This document shows positions 38,643-51,097 of a DNA stretch of 64,000 nt, one piece after another. Origin of the DNA: Raillietiella orientalis (Eukaryota). The position numbers and the translations under genes were made by a program. The stretch's first letter is position 1, and every line of letters starts with the position of its first letter. The stretch lies in assembly GCA_036172245.1 (NCBI GenBank), contig JAYWIR010000001.1, forward strand, positions 4,154,001 to 4,218,000. Direction: 5' to 3'. Under the pieces are notes generated by a model that was given only the letters and a program-made list of their open reading frames with translations, did not search any database and was not told the DNA's origin.

Positions 38643-39500
38643 CCCGCGTCGGAGGCTTTGTGGTTAAGGCTTCCGCGTGTGGTACCACGCGTCGCGGGAT
38701 CGAATACTCCGGCAGAAACTGACGCCACTGCGTCGTTGGGTTCCGAGTTTCTCCTGCAATGGCGCTGGTTGGCCGACACATCCGGGAGTGGCACCGGTAG
38801 TGGTTAAAGCCCGGAGGCCCTCGATGAAGGCCGGAACAATGGGAGTCGACCTTCGGGTCCTTCCAGGAATCAAGCAGTGGGGAGTTCCCCTTCCTGTCGT
38901 GCAACGGAGAGCGGACCCCCTACAACAGTGGACCCCTTTGGTTTCAAGATGGGAGCAGGAACCTTCACAGGCACCTTTCGAGTCGTTTTAAGGAGCGTAC
39001 CCCCCTGTTGCGGGGGGGCTCTCCGAGTCGTCGCCTCTTCAAAGAGTGCAAGGAAGCAAGCGAGAGCGATTCCCTGCAGGAAGCTGCAGCGCCCCTTCTC
39101 AATTCCGGAAGCGTCCCTTCGGGGTTCTCTTCAGAGGAGTGAACAGGAGCGGTCCCCTTGCGGGTTCCCTCCGGAGAAGAAATTCCTACTAGCGGATCCT
39201 TTTCGGGTTCCCTTCGGAGAAGATGAAATGGAGAGGACCAACCCCTTCCGAGGGAATCCCGCTGGAGAGAATGAGGAAGGAGATTCCCTTCGGAGACAAC
39301 CAGGGAGGGAGGTGCGATCCCCAAGCGTGAGAGGAACGGACTCCTAGCCTTCCTGGATTCATAGGGCGGACCCCCTTCCGGGGTGTCCCCCCATCTTGAA
39401 GAACAGCACCCTCAGCGGGTGGCGTGGAACAGTGTTAAAGAGCCACGTGCGCCGCGAGGCACGCGACTGGCTCTTGAGGTACTTAGCGTACCAAAAAAAA
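38643..39500 (+). mobile_element. tRNA-headed SINE-like element, copy 4 (longest)
   Basis: Head TGTGGTTAAGGC...GCGGGATCGAATAC, clear ~40-44-bp units at 39110-39310, tail GCACCCTCAGCGGGTGGCGTGGAACAGTGTTAAAGAGC shared with copy 2, A8. Confidence 0.85.
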
Positions 39501-39899
39501 GAAAATCTGAAAAACCTGAAAAAAAATGCTGGAAGGTAAAAAAAAACAGCGAAGACAGAAAAGAACCCAAAAGGATTTCCATCATCCCAGTGGCTCTCCA
39601 CGAGTCTAGACTTCCGCACACTTGCAAAACTGAAAGTGTGCTTCTCCCAAAATAATAGTGCACTGTTGGCAGATTTTCTTCCTGAAAGCACGGATCAGGA
39701 CAGTTTGCGCATGTTCCTTAAGGTATCTGTCAAAGAGGGATTTTTTTTCTTATTGAATTGCAGACTTCATTCATACAAAGATGCAGAAAGCAGCTGGTGT
39801 CTTTCATCGTCATCTCGCTGGTCGTTTCAACTTTGATGTGGAAACTGCTACTTTCTTGTAGTCGTTCGCGTTCGTCAAACACGAATTGGTGTCAGAGTC

Positions 39900-41100
39900 C
39901 TCCAAGCTGACTTTTTTTCCTCTGTCTGAAGTCAGGAAGAGTGAGTAAAGGGTTGGTAGATTTGAAAACCCATTTTTCCCGGAAACCAAGGAAAGCTTTG
40001 CTTCCTGGTTACATTTCCAAAGTACTACTGATGCTAAAATAGGAGATGCAGCAAATCATAAATATGTGACGTTCCTTCCTGTCGAATTGTTCTGATAGTC
40101 TACGTTTCGAATTACCTTACTCTCCGTGCAGGGCTGATTTCTTTACTTCATCATTCCAGATCCATCTTTCTGAAGCACTGAGGATTTCGGGTCCATTTCC
40201 CTTTTGTCACATCTTGCTACTGGAATTCCATCCCTTGCTCTTTCGAAAGCACCTCCAACGAATCCCGTAGCTTGCAATTACTCGGACAACGATTCAAGCA
40301 AATAGCAATCAGATACTGAGGAATGCCATCGTTACTTCTGTAAAAGGAAAAGTAGATCAACATACGAGACTTCCAAAAACTGACATGAGTGTACGAAAAA
40401 ATCACGCAGACAGATGGCACTGAATTCAGAAGCAGAGGATAGAACAAGTCATAGCAACGTCTCATTCCGAAAAGCCTTTGAAATTTAGGAGACAGCTCCA
40501 TATTTCGCCCAGGATCCCGGATCTTCGAATGGAACTGCTTCCTTTACTGCAACGGCGAGGAATTCGAATTTTCCTTGGTTTCAATCTATCCAGATCACTC
40601 TATAGCAAACCGATTTTCCTGTGAGTGGAAGAAATGATGACGAATGCGATAAAAATAGGCGAACAGACAGCGTGTGCATCAGCTTCGCTACGATTAGTAC
40701 GCGAATTCGTCAAATACGCATACATGCAAATGAAACGTGCGACCATGTGAAAATAGGAATTGCTCCAAGTTTCACCTATTTCATTACAGGTTGAGAGACT
40801 TTGAAGCAGCACGCCTAGAGGCCTCCCTGAGTTTCTCCACAAAACCACATTGGAGGAGGGCAGGTGTGAAGGCGCGCTCCCTGTATTTTAGATTGAATGT
40901 TGGCCGCCATGCTGAACCCTGTTTCGCTGGCGCCATGATTCTTCGTGTCAGTTCTCAGAGCGTGCTTTTTGGACTCTTTAGAGAACGCTTTTCTACCAAA
41001 GTAGTCTTTGATCGGAAGAAGGTTTCTTTGAAAGTATTCTTGTGGAGATCTCCTGGACGTACTGCTTGGTCACGGGTGCTGAATGACATTGATAGTCATA
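39900..41100 (-). mobile_element. Degenerate L1-like RT and post-RT region
   Basis: ERAFTPALL...EKL (like PLSPxLF...E.L) and VSFWKSRMLI (like LS..GR..LI). Confidence 0.4.
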
Positions 41101-42476
41101 ATAGAGGGCTTGAGCCATTTTACTCGTTCGAGTGACGGACCAAGTTGTCGGCGATGATGAGTGAAGGTCTGATGGAGGAAACTGCTGCGTCCTGTCCGGG
41201 TGATACGCCGTCACCTAGCAGCAATTTGACCGCCTCCACTTCGATCTCGTTGCCCACATCTGAGAGACTGTGGAGCGAGATGATGGCAGCTTCTGTTGAG
41301 AGAACTGCCTCTCCGTAACAGCAGAAGGCGGAGGCACATTCAGCTCAGAAGTGCAATCCGCCTCTCTCATACAAGATAAGTCTCCTTGGTTTTCCTGGGG
41401 TGGCGACCAATACGGTGCGCGAACTAGGAGCTCTCGAAGTAAAGTGGGGACTTAGTAACCCTCGTGCCTATGCAACAAGCCTGAAGAACTGCTGCACCCG
41501 TGCTGCATCTCTGGAGTCTCTTGAGGTTGCCTCTGACTATCGGAGACCCGAAGATCCTACTAATAGGCAGATAATGAGCCAGAATCGCTCCTTCGTCACG
41601 TCTCTGAGAAACATACCGTCAAATACACTGTCGTACCGAAAGAAACCCTCCCGATTTCTCATCGTCGCGCTTTGTAGCGAGAAGTCCACCCATCCCCGGG
41701 CTTCGAGTCATTGCATAGCGTACTGACGGCGTCCAGAATGAGCGACCATCCCCCAAACTCTGCAGGTCGATGGCATGCATGTTGATCCGTCACACATGGG
41801 GAAGCCGCAGATTTGCAAGTATCGCGGCGGCGCAGGGCACCCACGCAAGCGGAACCTCCAAAAAAGGTGCGTCCCCTTTGGTCGACTGGTCACAACAACT
41901 TGCTGTGTTCTTTGCCAGTCACGAGGAAGGAGAACCGCGGTTGCAGGTAGTGCGATCCGAGAGCGCTAACCGTAAGGCGCTCAAGACAAGGCTTCCCTCT
42001 TAGTCGTCATTCACTATGCCTCCCAAAGCTGTCAGTGGTATGGGTGAGAAGGTGCAGCGCAGTCAGTGTCCGGAAGCCGAGGCCAGCTGCGTTGAACGTG
42101 GAGCACACCTCTGCCGGAGTTGCGGAGACCCCAAGGCCATCGTAGGCGTGTCTTGTAGAGAAGACCAGCTCCCTCACGATCGGAAATGGAGCCGGAGATA
42201 TCCTTTACGCCCGACACTGCCAAATTGCAGTATGCGGACGCCAACCGTGAAGCTATAGACGGATGCCATGGTGACGTCTCAGGAAGCGGAATGCTGTGCG
42301 CTCCTCCGGACCCCTCGGAGCAACAGAAATGCAAGGTCAGGGTCCGCCGACTTGAGCAAAAGGCATTCCACTGCTCCATCATAGATGAACCGTTCCATCT
42401 CTCGGAGTGAGGCAGAGGCTCGAGGTGCTTCCAGCTGCACCGGTAGCGGGCTTGTCCCTTGGTCCCATTACCTGTA

Positions 42477-44900
42477 GCCTGCTGGAATGTCCGCAGGCTG
42501 TGGGGCGGCGAAAAAAAGAGGAGCACAGGGGTTACCCTGAGGTTCTTGACTTGATTCTCCTTCAGGATGTCCTAGGAAGAGGAGGCAGTTGTTGAGGCTC
42601 GCATGGACTGTGTGCTGCTCTATCAGTGTGGATTACATTTTCCCTACTTGCGCGCCCAATGAATTTGATGAGCAGTGTTATGTTGGACGGAGTCGATAGA
42701 GCATACCAGCTGCGTGTACTACGGTTCCAGTCCATGGACCTCGTTGTAACTAATGCCTACTCAGACGTCAGCAGACATTTCTTGGAGAGACAAGTCGGCT
42801 TTGGGGAGGAATTAGTGGAATTAAATTAGTGGCTGCTTACTCTAAATCAGCACTCCTAGTAATGGGGGACCTTTAGCCTTTCCTTGTTTTGCTGGGAAGT
42901 GCGCTTATCGACACCACGCCGAAAAGTCTCCTCGAGATTTTATCCAAAACTCAGCTGTCCAAGACCCGGAGATCTAAACTTGCCATCCGGAGACCCGGAG
43001 ATCAAGATGCAATCGATCACGCTTCCTTGATGACCACTTGCATTCGCAAATGTGCAGAAGAGGCAGTCTGCCTTTGTCGTTAGCAGACCACCCCCCTTCT
43101 CGATTTTTATATTCCCAGGTTCAAGGATTACGAATAGTAGGTGAAGGATATTGATGGATTGGCTGGAACATGCGGAGACAAGGGGGCTTTCAAGCGACCT
43201 GATCCGTGGGACCGCTATCCAAGAACTCCAGGATTGGGATCTGTCCGAGGTCTTCGTGCGAGAGGTCTGCATTGGTTTTCCTCACCATATACCCCAAGGT
43301 TTCTGAGAAAGAGTAGAGAGTGTCCATATCTATCTCCAGACGCATCAAACCTGTACCACACGGATCCAATGAATTTTGCGGAGTGCAAGGCGCGAACCGA
43401 GGGCCAAGCCTGGAGGTATCTGGGTTAGCATGCTTTTTGGAATCGGGCAGCGTGGAAGGCTCTGATCCTAAAAAGGTTCGCTGGAGGGTAAGTGCTTACA
43501 CACCTCCGAGTATGCGGAGACAGCTCTTGGCAGTGCAACCTCTTTCTGCTTCTGGAGAGAGATTCCTCAATCGGGATGAATAGCCACTACTTCCTTCTTC
43601 TCCAGGCCCATCACCTCTGCCATCGAAGAACTTAAAGGAGGAAAGCATGGGGGAAAAGGGTATTTCCGCGGAGTTTTTCAAGTGCTTCATAGTAGAACCA
43701 GACCCTCTGCTGATAAGAGTGGCTACGCTGATGCTACGTCAGCAGAAGTACATATCCTTTCTGGGGAGGACTCAAGCAAATGGGCGATAGTCTTCCGATT
43801 GCTGTTCTCAATACAGACATCATGCTGATCTCTAACCTCTGGAACAGGTTGGCTGAATCTACAATCAGTTTGCGACGCAGATTACATTTTTCCTTTGCGA
43901 GGTTTGGATGCTAGGGCTACTGTTTCTAGTAGGTTCGTGGTTTGCGCTGCAGAGGCAGATTGCGTCCAGCAGCCAAAGAAACCCTAGATTCCTCTTTGGT
44001 TAAGAAGACAGTGGAGAGGCGATTACGTCACCCTTGCAGTCTCAGCAGACTTGCAGACAACATTACCGATAGCATCCACTAAAAGCTTTTTCCGAAGCTT
44101 CTGGAGTGCTTGGGCTTCCGTTTGTCTTCCTGGCTCCTCATCCGTCTTTCTGGTTCACTGATACTAACATTGACCTGCGCTGCAGCTGGCGTGACGTGTT
44201 CATGAGTGTTTGTTTTAGCGGCCAGCGCATGTACGGCTGCTCTATTTCTGAAAGTTTAATTTTGTCTTCTAGAACGCGGAATGCCTTTCTGTTCCCTCCT
44301 TCGTCCCTTGCTTCTTGTTGCCCCAGTCCCCTTAGGCTTCATGAATCCATCTTCTTTATGAATCCCTTTGAGCATCAGAGAAACCCTGAATCCGTTCAAA
44401 TTCATCGTTGCTTCCCGGAGAGATACCAGCTAGGCATACTCTTGCCCAAAGCGGTCGAGCTCTCGCTTCTGTTCCAGAGGATATGATTACTTAGCGACCA
44501 TTGGAGCGGACACTGATGCCGTCTATTTAGGAAGCCATTGGGTAAGGCGAAAGTCAGAATAGGTCTCATCTCCGTCTGATACAAAAATCTCCTTCGAGTT
44601 CTCAGTCTGAGCTTTCTTATCAAATAGCTGTCTGGTCTGCTTTGGACCAACTCCTAAATCTCTTGCCATCCTGCGAATCTCCGGAATTAGGAACAAGAAA
44701 ACCTCCTCACTCCTAGAAAGCGTTGCCCTTGATATTAACGTCTGCTTCACACTAAGGTAATTCTAAAAGTCGTCCTAGGTACTGGAGTAGATAGAGCCGT
44801 GCCAACAGACTAACTGGAACTCTTCTTGCTTTATTCCCGTAGGGAAGCAAGAAGGGTGAATAACAGGGAAGACTGTGCGCAAGAGACCGAATGAATGGTG
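42477..44900 (+). mobile_element. Degenerate L1/Tx1-like ORF2 (APE endonuclease + RT)
   Basis: ACWNVRRL (42477), DLILLQD, LVVTNAYS, LVMGDL and GSDP (SDH-like), then PIAVLNTDIMLISNLWNRL (43795) and CPSPL; many stops and frameshifts. Confidence 0.75.
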
Positions 44901-45214
44901 ACCTGAAAAGTAAAACTCTCATTTCTCTTACAATCTGGAGAGTCAGAACTTTGGCATTTCCTATGATGCCGAGTAAAAGGACTGTATTTCTGGATTAGCC
45001 TTCTAGGAAGATTCCCCGAAGACCTCGTAGCTTTCCCACTACTCGTAAACTCGATACACTTCTCCTTAAAATTCAGCGCATTACGATCCTCTTCTTACAT
45101 CGGATGGTTTAGAACAATGCAGAGTGTACTTTTACCATCACGCAGCCGATGTGGCAGGAATGAGACCCTTCCGCCTTCATTGCTTAACCGCGTTGGACCT
45201 CTGGAGTGAGAACA

Positions 45215-46201
45215 CTGCAAAAGGAACGCGCATGGCGATCCCTAATCCAAAATCACATTAGTCAAGGGATAGCCATGCAGTGTGTGGGCATGCATCACGT
45301 TTAGAGCTTCTTCCACACTAATGGATACCACCTGAGATTCCAGGATCACAAGTTCATTCACGCAGCATGACTCAACGTGCTGCCAATCAACGCTGAGCCA
45401 ACAAGAAAAAACAGAAGAACGCATATGTCCGCGTTGCGGGACAGAGGACAAAACATTGTCTTAGGTAGTAAATAGATGCAGAAACACGTTCCTCTGTCCG
45501 TGGCACGCCACGACGCGATCCAGGAAAGGTCGCAGTGGATGAAGCAAAGTGGAGTCTTGCGTCAAGAAACCAGAGTTCGCCAGGAACAACTTCCACTCGA
45601 GGACCGGATCTGGTCATGAAAAAAGGAAACCGGATCTGTGTGCTGGACGTCTGCTGCCCATACGAAAATCGAAAGAGGCTTTCAGCGCAGCCAGGAAGAA
45701 ACAAGGAAGGAAAATACAGCAACTGGGAAAAGGTGGAAAACAACGTGTTCATCGTCGGCTCTCTGGAAGCATAGGATCCTGGTAATGGAGAAGTATTACA
45801 AGATATACGAATACCAAAAAAGAGGCTGGTTGAACTGAGGCACCGGATGGTGGCTGCGTGTATCCGGTACTCAAGTGATATGTATGCAGCCCACGTCGCA
45901 CGGAGTGCCGACAACCAGCCGGAGAACCCCAACAATCTGCTCTTAGCACATGGAAGCCAGGAAGCTGAGGAAGCACCATGAAGAGGGGCGACGAGCGCCC
46001 CAAGTAAACGGGGGAGAAGCTGAGAAAGAATGTCTAGAGCCCTCCTGCAACTAGTTATGCAAATGCACACACAAGCAATAAAAAGGTGGACTTCAGAAAT
46101 GTGGATAATGTCTTGGTAGTGCGCCTTCCCTTTCGGAAGGCAGTTCTCCCGGGACAGGGATTAAAGAAAAGTGCTTATCTCAGTTTGAAAAAAAAAAAAA
46201 A
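45215..46201 (+). mobile_element. Utopia/NeSL-like RLE non-LTR retrotransposon 3' fragment (zinc knuckle + restriction-like endonuclease + 3'UTR + poly(A))
   Basis: QG...RFQDHKFIHAA*LNVLPIN, CPRCGTEDKTLS*VVNRC, RHDAIQ, PDLVMKKGNRICVLDVCCPYEN...KEGKY...FIVGSLEA*DPGN; A14 at 46188-46201. Confidence 0.85.
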
Positions 46202-46773
46202 GATGAGATAGAGAAAGAAAGAGAAAAAGCACAGCAGCCTCTATGAGCAGAGTGATCATTCGGAAAGGAGTGAGAAGATGAAGTTTCTTGCTTTTCAATT
46301 TAATTTGATCTCTCAGCAAAAAGCAATCAATAGAGAGACGCACTCGAAATGGCTTGGATACCACCTTGCAAGTCAGAATTTCGAGTGACCTCCTGAGATG
46401 GGGGAAAAAAAAGAAAAATGCCTGGCGGAGTGCGTGCACGATTCCGTGGATATTCCACCACTGTGAATAAAGGCCATCAGATTATCATTTCGGCCTAACG
46501 GAATTAGCTCGGTTTTCTGATGGTTTCGCCGTTTGACCACCGGCAGCACATGGAACTTTGTAGCAGAGGGATTTGTAGATTTCTAGATTTGAATTTATAG
46601 CACAGGCGATTCTTGGCGTTAGGCTGGCGGCGGTGAATAGCGGACTGACCTTTAGATACGTTGGATTTACGCGTCTTGGATCTCGAGAGAAGGGAAGTAG
46701 ATGTACTCTTCGGGAGTATGGTGTGAGCAGCATGCTTCATGGAGTTGCCTGCTAGAATCGAAAAGATGCCGAT

Positions 46774-47476
46774 GTTCGCAAAGTACTCAAGAACCGTTCG
46801 CTTAAAAACCTCCTTAACACGTCTACACCACCCAAGGGTTCGTGTAATCTTCAAGTCAGGGGTTCTGGAGGAAGGAGTCCGTTCCTCTTTTGCTTGGTAG
46901 GGGAGCCCCGAAAGGAACCCTCGCCCTGGCTGTTTCTGGAGCATTATTATTCTCTTCCTCATTCTCTCCGGAGGAACCCTCCAATTTGAGGGGCCGTTCC
47001 TCGTTTCTTCTTGTAAGGGAATTCGGGAAGGATCCGCTCCTGGAATTTCTTCTCCGGAGAAAACCCACAAAGGAACCGCCGCTCCTGGTTTATTCCTCTG
47101 AAGAGACACTTCCCAATTTCTCTGAAGGGCGCTCCTGAAGGGAGCAGGGCGCTTGTCACACTCTGGAGAATCAACCCCTGAGGGAGAGTGTCAACCAGCT
47201 CAATGGGACGGCTCCATTTTCACAACCTGAGGGGAATCCCGAAGGACTCCGTGATTCCTGAAGGGACCCCGGAGGATCAACCAACCATCGGGGGCATCCT
47301 GGGGGTTTCTGACTTTCACCAGTGCCGTTCCCCAAGACTACAGGCCAACCAGCATCGTCCTGAGGGAAGGACTGGAAACCCACTACCCAATCTCCGTTCT
47401 CGGCGTCGATCCTTTCCCTGGCGGGATTTGAACCCAGAACTCTTGGTACCACTCACGGAGACCATAACGCAGGCCG
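46774..47476 (-). mobile_element. tRNA-headed SINE-like element, copy 5
   Basis: Minus strand GGGTTCAAATCCCGC, subrepeat array and tail homology. Confidence 0.8.
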
Positions 47477-47509
47477 TGTGGTTACGCCTCGGTGGCTCCT
47501 GACTATCAA

Positions 47510-47830
47510 CGCGGCTGCCGTGTGCGTGACCTCTTTTCGCTGCGGACTAGACTCCATTGTCTTCTATGAAAGAAGCGTCACAGCAAGTCCGCAGAGGTGT
47601 CCTGCGGGTGGCGGAGCACCGAGGCTGGTCTCCTTAGGTATCCTCCAGGACTCTGCAGCAGCCCAAGAAGAGATGCGGGGAATGATTCCATCGCTCTGCA
47701 TCTCATGCATTTCGGGGAAGCACCTATCCCGGAAGCCAGGTGCGTACTCTGACTGCACCGGAATCCCCCCCCGTCCAATGCGAAAACAGCGGAACATCCC
47801 GATTCCACTGCAGAGGCACATCGTGGTGTT
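47510..47830 (-). mobile_element. LINE zf-RVT fragment
   Basis: Minus strand SPKCMRCRAMESFP, homologous to the other zf-RVT copies. Confidence 0.6.
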
Positions 47831-50199
47831 CTACGCACAGGGGAAGGAACACAAGTTCTTCGGAGCACGAATACATGCAACACGACTTCCCTCTATTGGT
47901 ACACTGTAGCTCAGCTACGTTAAATGTTTTATTTGGGAAATCACGACCACAGAAGCTAATGTATTCTATTTGCTTTGGGCACAAAAATTGCATTCGAACG
48001 TTTCCTGCTCGGAGCTGCGCTGAAACTACCAAATGCCCTCTGGAAGCAATTAATCCAATGAGTCTCCCCTTTGTGGGTGATGCAATTCGATTGCGGCATT
48101 GATGAGATGAATGCAACCAAAAAGGTAATCCACCGGAATGAATTTCTTGTAAATGCGCTAAGAGAAAACTGGGACCAGCCAGGCAGGTTCGTCTCAGAGG
48201 ACATTCACGGAACTCGTGTGCCTCCGGGCATTTTTCCCGCCAGCATGTACCGTTGCTCAAGAGTTATTGCTGGTGATCGCTTCCTCGTTCAATTGTTTAT
48301 TTTTTCGATCAGTCCCCAGATTACCTTTTCATTTCTTGGATCGGGATAAATTTAAAAAAAAAAAAAGGCACGAAAGCATCACCTTTAAGGGAAGACTGGA
48401 AAGATCAGTGCGTCTGTTTCCCGAAGAATGATGTTCCTTTTCCGCTTGGTGAATACTTGATCTGAACTCACTTAATATTTGTCTGGATACTCCAGAATTG
48501 AATGTTTTAGAGAAATTTGCATTCTTGATTTCGAACCCCCTCTCCAGAATGCTCCTTCCGAGAAACCAGCATTTTATTTAAGTTAATGCTCAGTAGAAGA
48601 ATTGTGGTTCCAGCATGAATGGGTTATCACGGATTGTCCCAAGTCTCCACTTGCTTTCCCTGAGGCTTGATGCTTTGATTTCAAACGGAGCAAAGGGTTC
48701 ACCGTCTGCAAGCCGTGGTGGTTAGAAACAGAAAGTGCCGCACGAATTAGGGAAGTTTACATTTCCGTGCAGTTTTTCTATTTATACTGAATTGATGATC
48801 GCGGAAAAGGAGCCCAGCTTCCTATATATATTTTTTTGCCCCGATCAGCTGGAACTATTCATCTGGAAATATGCGGGTGATTTTGATCCGCACAGATAGC
48901 CGTCGATTATCACCCAGCCACCAATACCAGGTAATGCTTCTCAGTACTTTCCACGGACGTGTTCTCGGTCTCTCAGTTCTCTATGCCCTCTCAATAGTGT
49001 TTAGATGACTGAAATGCATGAGATGATCTGTACACGTAGGAGAGAGATCACTGTGCTTCGGTTCACTAAAAGAAATGCATCGTGTGTTCAAAGACTCACA
49101 AAAATATCTTTGAAGGGTGAAAATTCAAGTGTAGAATGCAACGAAGGACGGATGAATCTTCGGTGCACGTAAGTGAATTGTAAACAATCTCCTTGGGTTC
49201 AGATAATCTTCTCTACTTTTCGGATGCTGTGATCGGAAATAATTTATGTTTTTCCATTCAAGCTTCCCCTTTCCCTTACTGAATTTAAGAAGCTGTCATT
49301 CTTTCACGAGGTTATTGGGGATGGGGTGCTGTGGATTTTCTCTCCCAAGTTACCGAATGCAAGCGAACACACTCGCACGGAGGGATGTCTTCGTCGTCTA
49401 AAGCGTTTGATTTTCGACCACCGTTGGCTTCTTTGGAAGATATACCAACAGCAGTGTCTCCTATGCAATGAAGTTCCGGCCATTATGGCTTTGAAACTTC
49501 CGGATTCCCGATCGAATTCAACAAGTCATAGGTTTAAAATGGAAAGGTCTGTTGGTTTTCGAGTTCCTTCTTCATTCTTGGGCATGCCCCGAGAGATTTC
49601 GACTCGTCTTAGATGGCAAATCTAAATTAGCATGTAGTCATGATCAAACAGGACTAAGACTTGGGTCACGATTTTCTATTTTAATGTATTTTGTAGCTGG
49701 CATTTCATTTGTGAAGGTATAGTTGGTAATAAATGCATCAGTGCTTGTGTACTCAGTCTAAGAAATCATTTGCACACAAGCTCGGTACAAGGCTCCTCGG
49801 GATGTATCTGAAACTCTTCTGCATGAAGCATAGCCTCATGCCTAAATGTCACCTGGATATCAGAGATGCCACACTTGCTGTGCCTTAGGTCACAGCGATC
49901 TCGAGAGACGTCTGTGGCTCCCTCAGATGTCGAATCATCTCCTTACGATGCACCTGTAACGTTCCGGAACATCCCCCGCCTGACCATCAATTTGCTGATC
50001 AAAGACTGCTGTCTTCCCTAAGGGCAAGCGACGACAGCTACCAATCAGCGAGGTGGGAGTTTTCCTGTGGCGACTGGAAGACGCGCGAACTGGTGGATGC
50101 TGCCACTCCACTTACTCTGGCGACAAAGCTCCTTCGGTGAAGTCAACTTTCAAGTGTCACTCCCGGGGCACTTGTGGTGTTCCTCTTCAATGTTTGCAC

Positions 50200-50590
50200 A
50201 CATCTGTGTTCCCAATTTTCTGGAAACAGGCCGTGCTGCTCTTTCTGTGCTGGGAATTCCAGTGCAACGAGCTCCCCCCACCGTGTTTTCACAGGGGCTG
50301 CATCCCCGAACTGTGCCACGTGCAGGTGGGTAGGGTCACCCCCGCACATGCTTTTGGACTGTGGAGCTTTCCTCCAAGGATTGTGGCGGAGACTGGCATC
50401 AGCGCTTCTGCACCAGGAGGACACCGCCCGCGACCTGCTGCAATGGTTCTTCGCTCCGGGAGGACTCTCGACGGGCTCCGGGATCGCGACGGTGGTTGCG
50501 TCCGTACTATCGTCACGGCCCGCCATGTGTCCGAGACGACCACGCAGCAAAGGGAGGCCGCCTGCATGAGAACGGCTGCAAGGTGACTTT
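50200..50590 (+). mobile_element. LINE zf-RVT fragment
   Basis: WKQAVLLFLCWEFQCN and NCATCRWVGSPPHMLLDCGAFLQGLWRRLASAL. Confidence 0.75.
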
Positions 50591-50614
50591 ACCTGCAAGA
50601 GGAGGTCATGTGGG

Positions 50615-51097
50615 AGGGGTCACCCCACACTCTCGGCCGAAAGGAGCCCGTAAGGGAACACCGCTCCTTGTCTCCTCCTCGGCAGAGGAACCCCTAAGGG
50701 ACACTTCCCAATTTTTTCTGAAGGATCACTCCCCGAAGGGAGCAGCGCGCTTCTTCACACTCTGGAGTGGCAGCCCCCTGAGGAGTATCAACCAGCTTCA
50801 TTATCGCCTCCATCTTAGCAGCCGGAAGGGAATCTTGAAGGAAACCGGTGCTTCTTGACTCCTGGAGGGACTTCGGAGGGTGGACTTCCAATCCCGGACA
50901 GTCAACGGGGTCATCCGGGGGGTTTTCCGGCTTCCACCAATGCTTTGACAGCCGAAGGGGCCAACCAGAGTTATTCTGCAGGGGAAAGAAGAACTAGAAA
51001 TCCACGAAGCACTCTTTGTTCTTGGCGCGCCGATTCTTCCCTGGGAGGGATTCGAACCCGCGACGCTTGTGCCGCCCGAGGAGGCCGCCAACGCGGG
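50615..51097 (-). mobile_element. tRNA-headed SINE-like element, copy 6 (3'-truncated)
   Basis: Minus strand GCGGGTTCGAATCCC, core GGATGACCCCGTTGACTGTCCGGGATTGGAAGT, subrepeats; tail absent. Confidence 0.8.

Noticed and set aside
39110-39310. CRISPR array
   Set aside because: The repeats are degenerate, the spacers are short and related to each other, there are no cas genes, and the array lies inside a dispersed eukaryotic repeat.
46171-46187. U2 snRNA remnant (CTTATCTCAGTTT vs CTTATCAGTTT) next to the Utopia-like element
   Set aside because: Too short, needs an insertion, lies upstream of the poly(A), and has no further U2 similarity.
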